A stretch of DNA of 63,984 bases, the filler included, from Octopus bimaculoides (taxonomy: Eukaryota): the NCBI RefSeq assembly GCF_001194135.2. It is 6 parts of 5 records of this genome, joined end to end, with 100 filler letters (N's around TTAATTAATTAA, not from the genome) between each part and the next. Parts side by side here need not be neighbours in the genome. Positions count along the whole stretch, not along the records: positions 10,667 to 40,513 come from NC_068983.1; positions 40,614 to 56,246 come from NW_026389089.1; 4 more parts are not named here. One strand, 5' to 3'. The notes under the pieces are model-generated. The model was given only the letters and a program-made list of their open reading frames with translations, searched no databases and was not told where the DNA came from. A program made the translations under genes and the position numbers. Of the stretch, positions 36,467 to 48,245 are shown piece by piece. The stretch's first letter is position 1. Each line of letters starts with the position of its first letter.

Positions 36467-37397
36467 GGATCTAGGGGGCCACAGTTTTCATTAATGTTTT
36501 ACGTAGTGTTTTTGGTACCGAAAGACTTTCAAACTTCGTATACTTATCTATTTTGTGTTATAGAACAGAAAAATATTTTTGTATTCGAATTTATTTCATG
36601 TAAAAAATTGTCTTATTTCAATAATTTCAACCAATCACTGACAAGTATTCAGTTGTTTACATTTACTCCTTTGGTTGATTAAGCGGTGTAAAGTGTATTT
36701 AATCTCCATAACTTCTGACAGTGTTCGTTTTCCTTCGTTAAATTTGCTTTTCTTCATTTTAAATTTGCTTTTTTCATTTTCTTTTTTTTTTGCTTCGTTN
36801 NNNNNNNNNNNNNNNNNNNNNNNNNNNNNNNNNNNNNNNNNNNNNNNNNNNNNNNNNNNNNNNNNNNNNNNNNNNNNNNNNNNNNNNNNNNNNNNNNNNN
36901 NNNNNNNNNNNNNNNNNNNNNNNNNNNNNNNNNNNNNNNNNNNNNNNNNNNNNNNNNNNNNNNNNNNNNNNNNNNNNNNNNNNNNNNNNNNNNNNNNNNN
37001 NNNNNNNNNNNNNNNNTACCCTAACCCTAACCCTAACCGTAGGGTTAGGGTTAGGGTTAGGGTTAGGGTTAGCCTATAATAGAAAGGTTTATTAGCTACT
37101 GCCAATATGCTTCAGCCATTTTTTGACAAGGAAATAATAATTTTATCACCGATAGAATTGTTTCAGAATCGTTTGTTTATGTAGTCGGCACTTAATGTAT
37201 ATCGGCTGAATGGACGTCAGTGATTGGTTGAAATTACAGAAATACGACAACTTTACCATGGAATAACTTAGGGATTTCTTTTTTTTTTTAAGAAGACTAA
37301 GAGAAAAAGATGTTTTATATGACACATTCTACCAGTGTTCCAAGTTTCAAAGTGTTTCGTTAAGAAAATACTGTGGCCCCCGTTTTAAAAAAGATCC
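36467..37397. mobile_element. GGATC-TIR element (Merlin-like), longer subfamily
   Basis: TSD CTTTCCTA on both sides. The left TIR has a ~9-bp deletion. The telomeric palindrome is at ~37016-37072. Confidence 0.88.
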
Positions 37398-37567
37398 CTT
37401 TCCTATCCTTCCCTTTTCTTTTCTTTCTTCTACCCCAGCCCCACTATCACCAGATTATCACGCTGCATAAAAGAATAGCGCTGTAGTTTACTTGAAGTGC
37501 TCTGATACGGAAGTAAAGTAACAGAAAAGAAGGAGAACATCCAACAACGAGAAGCACATTTCTAAAC

Positions 37568-37615
37568 CGTGTATGTTTGATGATGAGTCTTTACGCCTGA
37601 AACATATAAAACACG
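37568..37615 (+). ncRNA. Decayed hammerhead-like motif
   Basis: CGUGUAUGU-UUGAUGA-UG-AGUC UUUAC GCCU-GAAA-CAUA-UA-AAACACG. Core C3 is U, and stem III ACAUAU is one change from the palindrome ACAUGU. Confidence 0.35.
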
Positions 37616-39101
37616 ACACTTCATTTTCCGTTACTCCAGTTTACTCAGCTGTAGAAATGAGTTACGATGTCACTGGTGTCAAGCTGTAACAGCCCTTGCC
37701 TTCCCCTTCGACAACATCAGTGACATGGAGAGGGGAGACTGGTATGCATGGGCGACAGCTAGTCTTCCATTAACAACCTTACCCGGACTTGTGCCTCGGA
37801 GGGGAGATTTCTAGGTGCAATCCCGTGGTCATTCATGACCGAAGGGGGTCTTTACCGGCTTATTTTTATACAAAGATTACTCACTTCTCATTTTATCGCA
37901 TTATTAGTAGCTCTCCTAAGGTGACGAGCTGGCAGAATCGTTAGAACGTCAGACAAAATACTGAGTAACATTTCTTGTCTTTAAGATCCGAGTTCAAATT
38001 CCACCGAAGTCGACTTTGCCTTTCTTCTTTTCTAGCTCGATAAAATAAATACCAATCAAGAACTGGGGTCGATGTAATCGACTAGCTCCTACCCCTTAAA
38101 ATTTCAGGCCCTTTGCCTATAAGGGAAAGGAATATTTCTTATTTCTATTACACCCAGGTCGACTTTGACTTTCTTCTCCTCAAGCTCGATAAAATAAATA
38201 CCAGTCGCTTACTAGGGTCGATATAAGCGACTAGCACCTTCTCCCTTAAAATTTCAGGTCCTGTGCCTGTAGTAGAAAGGATTATTAGAAGCTCTTTTTC
38301 TTTTACAATATTTTAATTGGGCGCATAATTCTCAAGGTGGAGACGCGCAACGTAGTGGTTCGGGTGCAGCACTAGTGATCGCATGATTGTGGTTTCGATG
38401 CCTAGACTGGGCGATTATGCTCTTGAGCAAAACACCTCATTTCCCGCTGCTGCAGTTGGCAAAAATTAATAATCCTGCGATGGAGTGACATCCCAATTAG
38501 GGTTGTGAGGAATATGTACGCCATGAAACCCGAGAAACCAGCCTTATCAGCCTGTGGCTTGCAAAGGACAATTTTACTTCCTTGTTTTTTTTTATTTTTG
38601 ATAATTCTCAAGAACGGCCAGTTTGGGAGTCTAACTTACAATCTCGCAATCATGAATGCAACACACTAACCACTAAGCCACAAGCCCTCAAACCATAAGA
38701 CAGTGCAGTGCGCCATTTGGGAGACCTTTGTCTGCTATTTCTAACATGACGGTCGACCGCATAAACGCATCATCTTTACGCCATTATGTTCGGGTTGAAA
38801 CAAATAGTTTTAGTGCCACATTGTCTAGACAACTTACGTATCTAAGTTGTAATATTTCACCTGCTATTGAAGAAATGATTAATATTCATGGAAATGTGTT
38901 TTATATAGTCTCACTGAATTAGACAGAGAAAGAAAGGTGAGTGGCGCAAATTAATTAATGAATGATGCATTCCATCATGATTCATTTATGTTCAAATAGA
39001 AGACACATGTTGTATGTACGTATGTGTGTGTATGTGCGTACGTATGCGTGTGTACATATCAATTGTGCGTGTGCGAATGTGTGTGCATATCTATATATAC
39101 A

Positions 39102-39179
<78 letters not shown>

Positions 39180-39280
39180 TACACACGCACATGTATATAT
39201 ATATGTATATTACGTATATGGACTGAAAAATTCATAGGCTGACTATAAAGGAGTGATGCTAGAGCTGTTGAAATCTTACT

Positions 39281-39683
39281 CTTTACACTTTTTACTCTTT
39301 TATTTGTTTCAGTCATTTGACTCTGGTCATGCTGGAGCACCGCCTTTAGTCGAGAAAATCGACCCCAGGACTTATTCTTTGTAAGCCTAGTACTTATTCT
39401 ATCGGTGTCTTTTTGCCGAACCGCTATGTTACGGGGACGTAAACACACCAGCATCGGTTGTCAAGCGATGGTAGGGGGACAAACATATATATATTTATAT
39501 ATATACATATATATACATATATATACGACGGGCTTCTTTCAGTTTCCGTCTACCAAATCCACTCACAAGGCTTTGGTCGACCCGAAGCTATAGTAGAAGA
39601 CACTTGTCCAAGGTGCCACGCAATGAGACTGAACCCGGAACCATGTGGCTGGTAATCAAGCTACTTACCACACACCCACTCCT
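39281..39683 (-). mobile_element. SINE family B copy
   Basis: Reverse complement of family B, near full length. Confidence 0.85.
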
Positions 39684-39729
39684 GCTGCTTGCATGCATTA
39701 ATTTCAGCTCTCTTTCTTATTGTTTCTTT

Positions 39730-40513
39730 CCAGCTTAACCGACATTTGACTGTTCAAAGGACATTTCAGAAGTAACTAGTAGCGACTTCTCTTGAAACTG
39801 GACAAAATTCAGCATCGTAGTGTTATCAAATACTCACAGAAAAGGGTTTTTAACCCTTAAGGACATTCATGCTGATATGATTGCTGTGTCAGGGGATGAC
39901 GCTCCAACTTTATCAACAGAGCAAATGTAGGCAGCTGAATTTAGGATGGGTACCGAGAGTGTCGAAGATGATCTAAGGTTTGGACATTCTGCAGCTGCCA
40001 CCACGGAAGAAAACATTGATCGTACTTACGACATGGTAATGGATGAGGCGATTGGCTATAAATCAAATAGCCAATGCTATTAACATATCCCGTGAGAGAA
40101 TTGAGAATATTCTGCTCAATGAACTTGGCACGATGAAGGTTTCTTATTTTTTTACTGCCCACAAGGGGCTACACACAGAGAGGACAAACAAGGACAGACA
40201 AACGGATTAAGTCGATTATATCGACCCCAGTACGTAACTGGTACTTATTTAATCGATCCCGAAAGGATGAAAGGCAAAGTCGACCTCGGCGGAATTTGAA
40301 CTCAGAACTTAGCGGCAGACGAAATACCGCTAAGCATTTCGCATTGTGTGCTAACGTTTCTGCCAGCTCGCCGCCTTTAGGTTTCTGCTCGGTGGGCGCC
40401 ATGTCTTCTGGCACATGATTAAAAGCGCACCAGGCTAATCACATCAAGGGAAAATCTGACATTGCCTGAGGCAGATCCATCTGGTTTCTTTGAACGTTTC
40501 CTAACCCAGGATG
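39730..40513 (+). mobile_element. Mariner transposase N-terminal remnant (SINE-interrupted, ends in a gap)
   Basis: DKIQHRSVIKY...KDIHADM...AEFRMGTESVEDDLRFGH...ISRERIENILLNELGTMKVSARWAP...FFERFLTQD (up to the first catalytic D). Confidence 0.88.
40145..40378 (-). mobile_element. SINE family C copy inserted into a mariner transposase remnant
   Basis: TSD AGGTTTCT at 40137-40144 and 40379-40386. The mariner reading frame K-V-S-A-R-W continues across the insertion. Confidence 0.88.
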
Positions 40514-40730
40514 NNNNNNNNNNNNNNNNNNNNNNNNNNNNNNNNNNNNNNNNNNNNTTAATTAATTAANNNNNNNNNNNNNNNNNNNNNNNNNNNNNNN
40601 NNNNNNNNNNNNNAGAGATGCATGCATGTATATGTATGTATGCAAGTGTGTGTGTGTGTGTGTGTGCGTGTGTACATGTGTGTATATATGTACGTATGTA
40701 TCTATGTGTATACATGTATGCATATAAGAA

Positions 40731-40775
<45 letters not shown>

Positions 40776-40851
40776 GCGTGTGTGTGTTTGTCTGTATGCA
40801 TACATACATATATACATACATATACATACACACACCACACATACACACACA

Positions 40852-40895
<44 letters not shown>

Positions 40896-40986
40896 ACTGA
40901 GATTCTATTTATATTAGTATTTGTATACTAACAGGTTTTACAGATTTATTATTCATATATTGTTATGGCAGTACTTACATATTACT

Positions 40987-41068
<82 letters not shown>

Positions 41069-41243
41069 TAATTTTACTAATTTGGGAAAATGAATTTCCA
41101 AATCAATAAGGTACAACCCTTTAGCATTACATGCATCTGCATATCATACAGTAGGGTCTTGCTTACCATACACTTATATATTTATCTAGAAGTATATAAA
41201 ATATATAATAGAAATCAATAATGATTCAGTTTGGGGGATTTAT

Positions 41244-41469
41244 AGATATGCAAGTATTCTATTTCAGATAATACAAAAATATAACCTAATGAGTATATCT
41301 GAAGGAAAACTTGCGGTATCTATTTGCACATCATGAAATCATACTTTAAAGGATATAACATTTAATGTATTATTTCACGATGTGCAAATAGATACCACGA
41401 GTGTTTGCCTTCAGATATACTTATTAGGTTATATTTTTGTATTATCTGAAATAGACTACTTGCATATCT
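41244..41469. repeat. Fold-back / MITE-like inverted repeat (~100-bp arms)
   Basis: AGATATGCAAGTA...GCACATCATGAAAT pairs with ATTTCACGATGTGC...TACTTGCATATCT, with several mismatches. Confidence 0.85.
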
Positions 41470-41997
41470 GAACTATATATATATATATATAGCTATATAT
41501 AATATAATATAGGATAAATTCTTTATAAGAATTTATCAAGTAGTCAGCGTGAAAAAAACCTCATAATGAAAAAAATAATGAAAAAAATTCATCATTTTTT
41601 CATAAATATATATAAATCATTTATATAAAGGGCATTAACTGTGTAGTAATGCCTCACGCTTCGAGGGACTAAATAAGTCAAAAACTACCAAAAAATAAGC
41701 AACATATTTACTGAAAGCGAGGGAATGCAGCTTTCAAAATTTATCTCTTGAAAACATTTAACTTAACGGTAAACCACTGGTTTCTCAAACAAATACAGAA
41801 AAACTGTGAAGTAACCTGCATTCTTTTGTTCATCAGTACACGTATGGTCGAGATACATAGAAATTAACAAGAATCAACATACCACGATGTAGCCACCACA
41901 GCACGATGACTTCTGTTCATAATTATATATCCATATATATATCTATATATATAGGTATATATAACTATATATATATAATCCCCAAAACTAAACTATA

Positions 41998-42030
<33 letters not shown>

Positions 42031-42669
42031 CTACATACATACATACATACATACATTCATAATCATGTATGATTTTTTGCATGCATATAAACAAAAATAG
42101 TAACTGAATTAAGAACTAAAGTCAAGCAAAGTTAAATTACTATTTCTTAAAAGTAACAATGGCTTCAACATTTCTCCAATTCTGACATATTTGAACTCAG
42201 TTGGAAGAAGAGATATTCTTTTCTACTCTAGGCACAAGGCCCGAAATTTTGGGGGAGGAAGGCAGTCAATTAGATTGACCCCAGTATGCAGCTGGTACTT
42301 AATTTATTGACCCCGAAAGGATGAAAGGCTAAGTCGACCTCAACAGAATTTGAACTCAGAACATAAAGACAGACGAAATACCACGAAGCATTTCGCCAAG
42401 CATGCTAACATTTCTGCCAGTTTCGCCACCTTATAGAAGTGATATTAAAATATGTGTATATGTAAACATGTTTCTGAGTATAAAATATGACAAATAGAGT
42501 TTTAATGACTACTGTAGAATTATAATTCAAAAATTTAGAATATTTCCTCAGAAATCATTGTAATGGGCTTGTCTTTGATATATGGATTTTCAAATACATT
42601 TGTTCATTTTCTTTTTTTTCCCTATTTATATTAATTTTTATTTTTCATCATCAGTTTTAACAAAACCAT

Positions 42670-43620
42670 CAATAATATATTTTCCTTCACTGTTCATGAC
42701 TTTTTGACAATGTTCCACTAGCTTGTCAATATCCTGGTGATTGAAATCATTGGGTTTTCTCTCAAAGAATTTATTGAGCTAGGTTTTCAATGCCAAATGT
42801 CTTGCAGTCTGTTGAAGGTCAACCAAAAAAAAAAAAAAGGTGATGATCTGAAGGTACTTTATCAGAATGCAGTTCTATTCAAGAGCTCCCAACTGAGCTC
42901 ATGAATAGTGTTTTTTGGTTGAATTAGTGACCTCTGGGTGAGTGTTGTCATGTTGAGAAATCATGTGCTGCAGGTTCGGTTGTTTCAGATGTATTACCAC
43001 TTTGAGTAGATGCATTTGCTAAAAGTAGAGCTATGCATTGACAGCATGTTTGATTTCAAACTTTTCATAGTGCATTCGCCCTTCCCAGTCCCACCAAATG
43101 CAAATCATTGTTTTGTATGGATGCAGCTCTGGCTTGGCTCAAGGTGATGTTTGTGTGTTGGGGCTCAACTATTCTTTCTTCTGTTTCTTATTGACAGAAG
43201 GTCACCATTTTTCATTGCTGGTCATAATGCGATAGAGAAAAATCTCTTTTTGTGTCTACAAGTAGCCTGGAGTTGAGCTAGACAACTGGTGCTAATAGGA
43301 GAGGACTGAAATTTGTCTTTTTCATTCAGAGTGAGTGGCACTCTTTGCACTGAGTTTTTGGACCTCACCCATTGAGTGAAGGTAATGGCTGCTGGTATTA
43401 TGAGACCATCCCATCTGTTGGACTAATTCCCAAGTAGATTGGTATGGATCCTAATGAACGTGCTTCTTCAATTGATCTTCATTGAACTGAACGAGCTGAC
43501 CAAAATGCAGATAGTCTTTGAGGTCAAATTTCCCTTCCTTGAAGCATGAAAACCATTTCTGTGCAATTCTTTCAGTTATAACACCTTCTCTGTACATAGC
43601 ACAAATGTCTCAAGTGGCTT
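42670..43620 (-). mobile_element. Decayed mariner (DD34D) transposase
   Basis: Minus strand: FLYRIMTSNEKW (cf. RIVTGDEKW, ~43200-43245), QHDNTHP (~42940-42960), HSDKVPSDHHLF (cf. YSPDLAPSDYHLF, ~42835-42875) and C-terminal EGKYIID. Confidence 0.85.
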
Positions 43621-43895
43621 TAGACTCTTGCTTGTAAACATGTGTCAAGGATGTTTTTTCTTTTTTGTACCTTGGCACTCTATCATCATATGTATGAAAA
43701 GAGGTAAAATTAATTCAAACTTCAAAACCGATAAACAAAAGCCGGAGAGGAAGAGCAGAGCTATAGGAAAATAAAACCCCAATAAAATACTATGATAAAA
43801 ATATTTTTCCTGTAAATTTATCTGACAACTTAGTTAAAGTGACTAGAACTAATGAGATAAGAACATATATAGAGTAATAGTCGAGTAATCATGTG

Positions 43896-44103
43896 TACTC
43901 TTTTACTTGTTTCAGTCTTTTGACTGTGGCCATACTGGAGCACCGCCTTTTAGTCGAGCAAATCGACCCCAGGACTTATTCTTTAGAAGCCTAGTACTTA
44001 TTCTATCGATCTCTTTTGCCGAACCGCTAAGTTACGGGGACATAAGCACACCAGCATCGGTTGTCAAGCGATGTTGGGGGGACAAACACACACATACAAA
44101 CAT

Positions 44104-44138
<35 letters not shown>

Positions 44139-44264
44139 CATATATACGATGGGCTTCTTTCAGTTTCCGTCTACCAAATCCACTCACAAGGCTTTGGTCG
44201 GCCCGAGGCTATAGTAGAAGACACTTGCCCAAGATGCCGCGCAGTGGGACTGAACCCGGGACCA
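43896..44264 (-). mobile_element. SINE family B copy
   Basis: Reverse complement of family B, near full length. Confidence 0.88.
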
Positions 44265-45015
44265 TGTGGTTGGTAAGCTAGCTACTTACCACACAGCCAC
44301 TCCTATATATGTTAAATATATGGTAACAGTTTATGAAGTTATGAAGCAAAATCTCTGAAATTAGATATTACTGTATGCATTAATAATAGATATTATTAAT
44401 GGTTATTGATAAAAATGGTATTACAAGGTTAATGCAGAACTATTTTAACATATCTAAAATAGCCTTTTTTTCAAAAATTTTTGAATTAATATGATTTTTG
44501 TGTTAAATATGTAAAAATTCAGGGTGTTATTATTCAAATGAAAAATCACCAAATTTATAAAGGATATCTATAATGTTACATTCATCATTGTTATTATTAT
44601 TATTATTATTAAGGTAGAGAGCTGGGAGAATCGTTAGCATATTGGACCAAAATGCTAAGTGGCATGTTGTCAATCTTTACATTCTAATTTCAAATTCTGC
44701 TGAGGTTGACTTTGTTTTTATCCTTTTGGGGTCAATAAAATAAGTACCAATTGACTACTGGGGTCTACGTAATTGACTTACCTCAGCTCCTGAAACTGCT
44801 GACCTTGTGCCAAAATTTGAAACCATTATTATCATCATTATCGTTTTAATGTCCAGAATTTGTTGAGGCAGCATGGCTGGATGCCCTTCCTATCACCAAC
44901 CCTCCCTTATTTCCATGTAAGGTAATATTTCTCCATGACTGGACATGTTTTTGTGGAAGATTGAAGTGAATGACTCTGCTTGTTTACAACTATCACATGG
45001 TATCAAGACAAGGAG

Positions 45016-45124
<109 letters not shown>

Positions 45125-46458
45125 TTTTCAGTTTTAGTCAACCACATCCACTGACAAGGCTTTATTCAGTATGGTGCTGTAGAAGACACTTGTCCTAAGT
45201 GGCATGTTCTGGGACTGAACTTGAAACCACATGGTTGTAGGGCAAGCTTCTAAAGCACAAAGCCATGCTTGCACACATTCCATGCATTGCCTGTGCCTGT
45301 ATCTATGGTTGCACCTAATTTGTACCAATATTAATTGTGCATTCAATCTATGTCATATAACATGGAAAAAACTTGTTAATTGTGAAAGGAATAAAGATGA
45401 TAGAACACAGCCAGGAGTCTCTACATAGCCACTCAATAACATGGTCCTGGATTTCTTAAGCAGAGGAATAAGGTGAGATGGTCATAGCTGGAACGCTTTT
45501 GGTCATAGGTCTGCTCATTCAGAGATGAGTTGATGGGCTGTATGGTAAGAAGTTTGCTTCCTAACCATATGGTTCCTGGTTCAGTTCCACTGTGTGGTAC
45601 CTTGGGCAAGTGTTAACCTTGGGCAAATCAAAGCCTCGTGAGTGGATTTGGTAGATGGAAATTGAAAGAAGCCTATTGTATACATATATGTGTGTGTGCA
45701 TGTGTGTGTGTGTGTATGTGTGTGTGTNNNNNNNNNNGACAACTGGTTTTGGTGTGTTTACGTCCCTGTGACTTAACAGTTCAGCAAAAGTGACTAATAG
45801 AATAAGTACCAGATTTTAAAAAACAGTTGGGGTCGATTCGTTCGACTAAAATTCTTCAAAGCGGTGCCCCAGCATGGCCGCAGTCTAATAACTGAAACGA
45901 GTAAAAGATAAAGGATAAGAGATCTTAGAAATTCTTAACTAAACGTAAATAAGATATATAAGTTACAAATGTAGATATGATTAAAAGTATAAATATCATA
46001 AATAAAGCTAAATAACATAGATAAAAGATATGTCTTTAAAAAATAAATAAATATAAATAAATAAAATAAGATGTAATGAGATTTATATGTTGAATCTACT
46101 TGGAATTTTAGAAGAACAGTTTATCTATTATATCAATTAAATTATACTATAATGTATATACGTGTTCACACAGACACACAGACACACACACGCACACACA
46201 CACACAACTTTAGAATGTGAGAAATTTATATAAGATTTAAGCAATTTTGTGATTGCACAGTGATGAAAAACTTATTGATATAAAAATTATACCTAACACT
46301 GATTGCTGTCTAATTCAATCACTGCTCTTTATTAAAAACCTTAAATAGCAATAATGTCTTTAATAGTGATAATAATAATAATAATAATATTTTAAAAAAG
46401 GATTGACGTAACTCTTCACAAAGGTAAATAGTCAAGTAAATCACACTCTTCGTCTTGA

Positions 46459-46459
46459 C

Positions 46460-46531
<72 letters not shown>

Positions 46532-46580
46532 TGATGATGATGATGATGATGATAATAATAAAAGTAAAAAGTAATAATAA
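46459..46580. repeat. (AAT)n/(GAT)n microsatellite
   Basis: Direct reading. Confidence 0.97.
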
Positions 46581-46639
46581 TAATGATAAAGAAATATAAA
46601 AGACAATGAAATGCAATAGAAAAAAATATATATCGTATG

Positions 46640-47352
46640 GAAAGTATGTATTGACGTGAATGGTGCAATCCTCTTGATACGGAAATGACTCCAGCTAGGG
46701 CCAATCAAGGAACCCCATAGATCTTGTCCACACATAGAACAGACGCAGCGCTTAGACAAATTACAGAAGCTATACACATAATAGAAGATAAACCTAGCCT
46801 GAATAGGAAACTGGAATGGAACACTAGCACACAACCCCAACAAACCACAACATATGACAATAAAATCCCCATAAACTGATAACTATATGAACAAAATATA
46901 ATACAATACATAGATAAACAAATGGAATTAAATAACTACATATGCTAACAAAAGTAAATTAAATACAAAAGAAAACAAAAGTAGGTATAAACACATGAAC
47001 AAATAAATAAAAACAAATAAATGAACATGTATAAACAGGGGATACAGATAATACAGGCACTCCCCATACACATACATGCACTTACAAAACATAGACAAAC
47101 ATAGACACATAGAGGGATACACATGCGCAAGTATAGACACATACAATAGGAATACAAAATACAAAATGGCTGATCATTAGCAAGGAGGGACACACATATA
47201 AGAAAGAAGAAAGCAAAGGACCACTGATGAGGTCACGGAAGTGTGACGAAAGTACTCTGGCCGAAATATGATTAATGTAATGTAATGTAATATAAAGCTG
47301 AAGCAAATTAACACCAAATATATAGTGCGTGTGTTTTTATTGGCTAAACTGG
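46640..47352 (+). mobile_element. Probable Penelope-like element 3' end / pseudo-LTR
   Basis: ILSTHRTDAALRQITEAIHIIEDKPSLNRKLEW (46721-46819) resembles PLE endonuclease C-termini. It is followed by an A-rich UTR and a hammerhead motif. Confidence 0.65.
47218..47262 (+). ncRNA. Near-intact minimal type I hammerhead ribozyme
   Basis: GGACCA-CUGAUGA-G-GUCAC GGAAGU GUGAC-GAAA-GUAC-UC-UGGCC. The core is intact, with a 5-bp stem II, palindromic stem III AGUACU, CUC triplet, and a 5-bp stem I with one bulge. Confidence 0.8.
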
Positions 47353-47624
47353 CAACATGACCNNNNNNNNNNNNNNNNNNNNNNNNNNNNNNNNNNNNNN
47401 NNNNNNNNNNNNNNNNNNNNNNNNNNNNNNNNNNNNNNNNNNNNNNNNNNNNNNNNNNNNNNNNNNNNNNNNNNNNNNNNNNNNNNNNNNNNNNNNNNNN
47501 NNNNNNNNNNNNNNNNNNNNNNNNNNNNNNNNNNNNNNNNNNNNNNNNNNNNNNNNNNNNNNNNNNNNNNNNNNNNNNNNNNNNNNNNNNNNNNNNNNNN
47601 NNNNNNNNNNNNNNNNNNNNNNNN

Positions 47625-47666
<42 letters not shown>

Positions 47667-47689
47667 CGTGTCTGTGTGCATATATTACT

Positions 47690-48245
47690 GCTGAAAGTTT
47701 TGCTGTTAAACTAGACACAGATGATCAAACAGAATTCACTGGACTGGTAACATATGAATCATATTTTATGTTTGAAGACATCATAAACCAAACTTTACTG
47801 GCCACGCTTCTACTAGAGTTATTAACCTTTCCAAAACTGATCTAAGTATCGTTAGTAAATTATATTAGATTCTATCATTTCTTAAACCAGGGTTAAATCA
47901 CTTTTATCTCTTTGAAATTATTAAAATTCAATAAAACAATGATTTAATACTATCCAGTATAAAAAGGAAAAAGCACCATTTCTTCCAATTTGACATAAAA
48001 GATTATTATATAACAATCATTGAACCTATTCTAACAGTTGCATTAACCAAGTAAAATCAATTATGTTTCTAACAGACACAGACAGTGACCATATATTACA
48101 AACTAGAAAATCTATTTGCTTCTACGATAATTTTATTTAGATTAAGAAACAAAGTAATGTGTTCTATGATGTCTGCATGTTTGCAAGAGACTCAGATGAC
48201 TTCGGTGATATTGTTTGATTGTATGTCTTAAGTGTATTACATGAA
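47690..48245 (+). mobile_element. Decayed Penelope-like reverse transcriptase fragment
   Basis: HKPNFTGHASTRVINLSKTDLSIVSK (cf. DHK.NF...P.CRLINP.KS..G..SK), FFQFDIKDYYITI (47979-48017; cf. F.QFDI.DFYPSI) and HILQTRKS. Confidence 0.7.

Noticed and set aside
26795-37397. Telomere or chromosome-fusion site
   Set aside because: The repeats are short, lie inside TIR/TSD-bounded elements, and have CCCTAA-then-TTAGGG polarity, opposite to a fusion.
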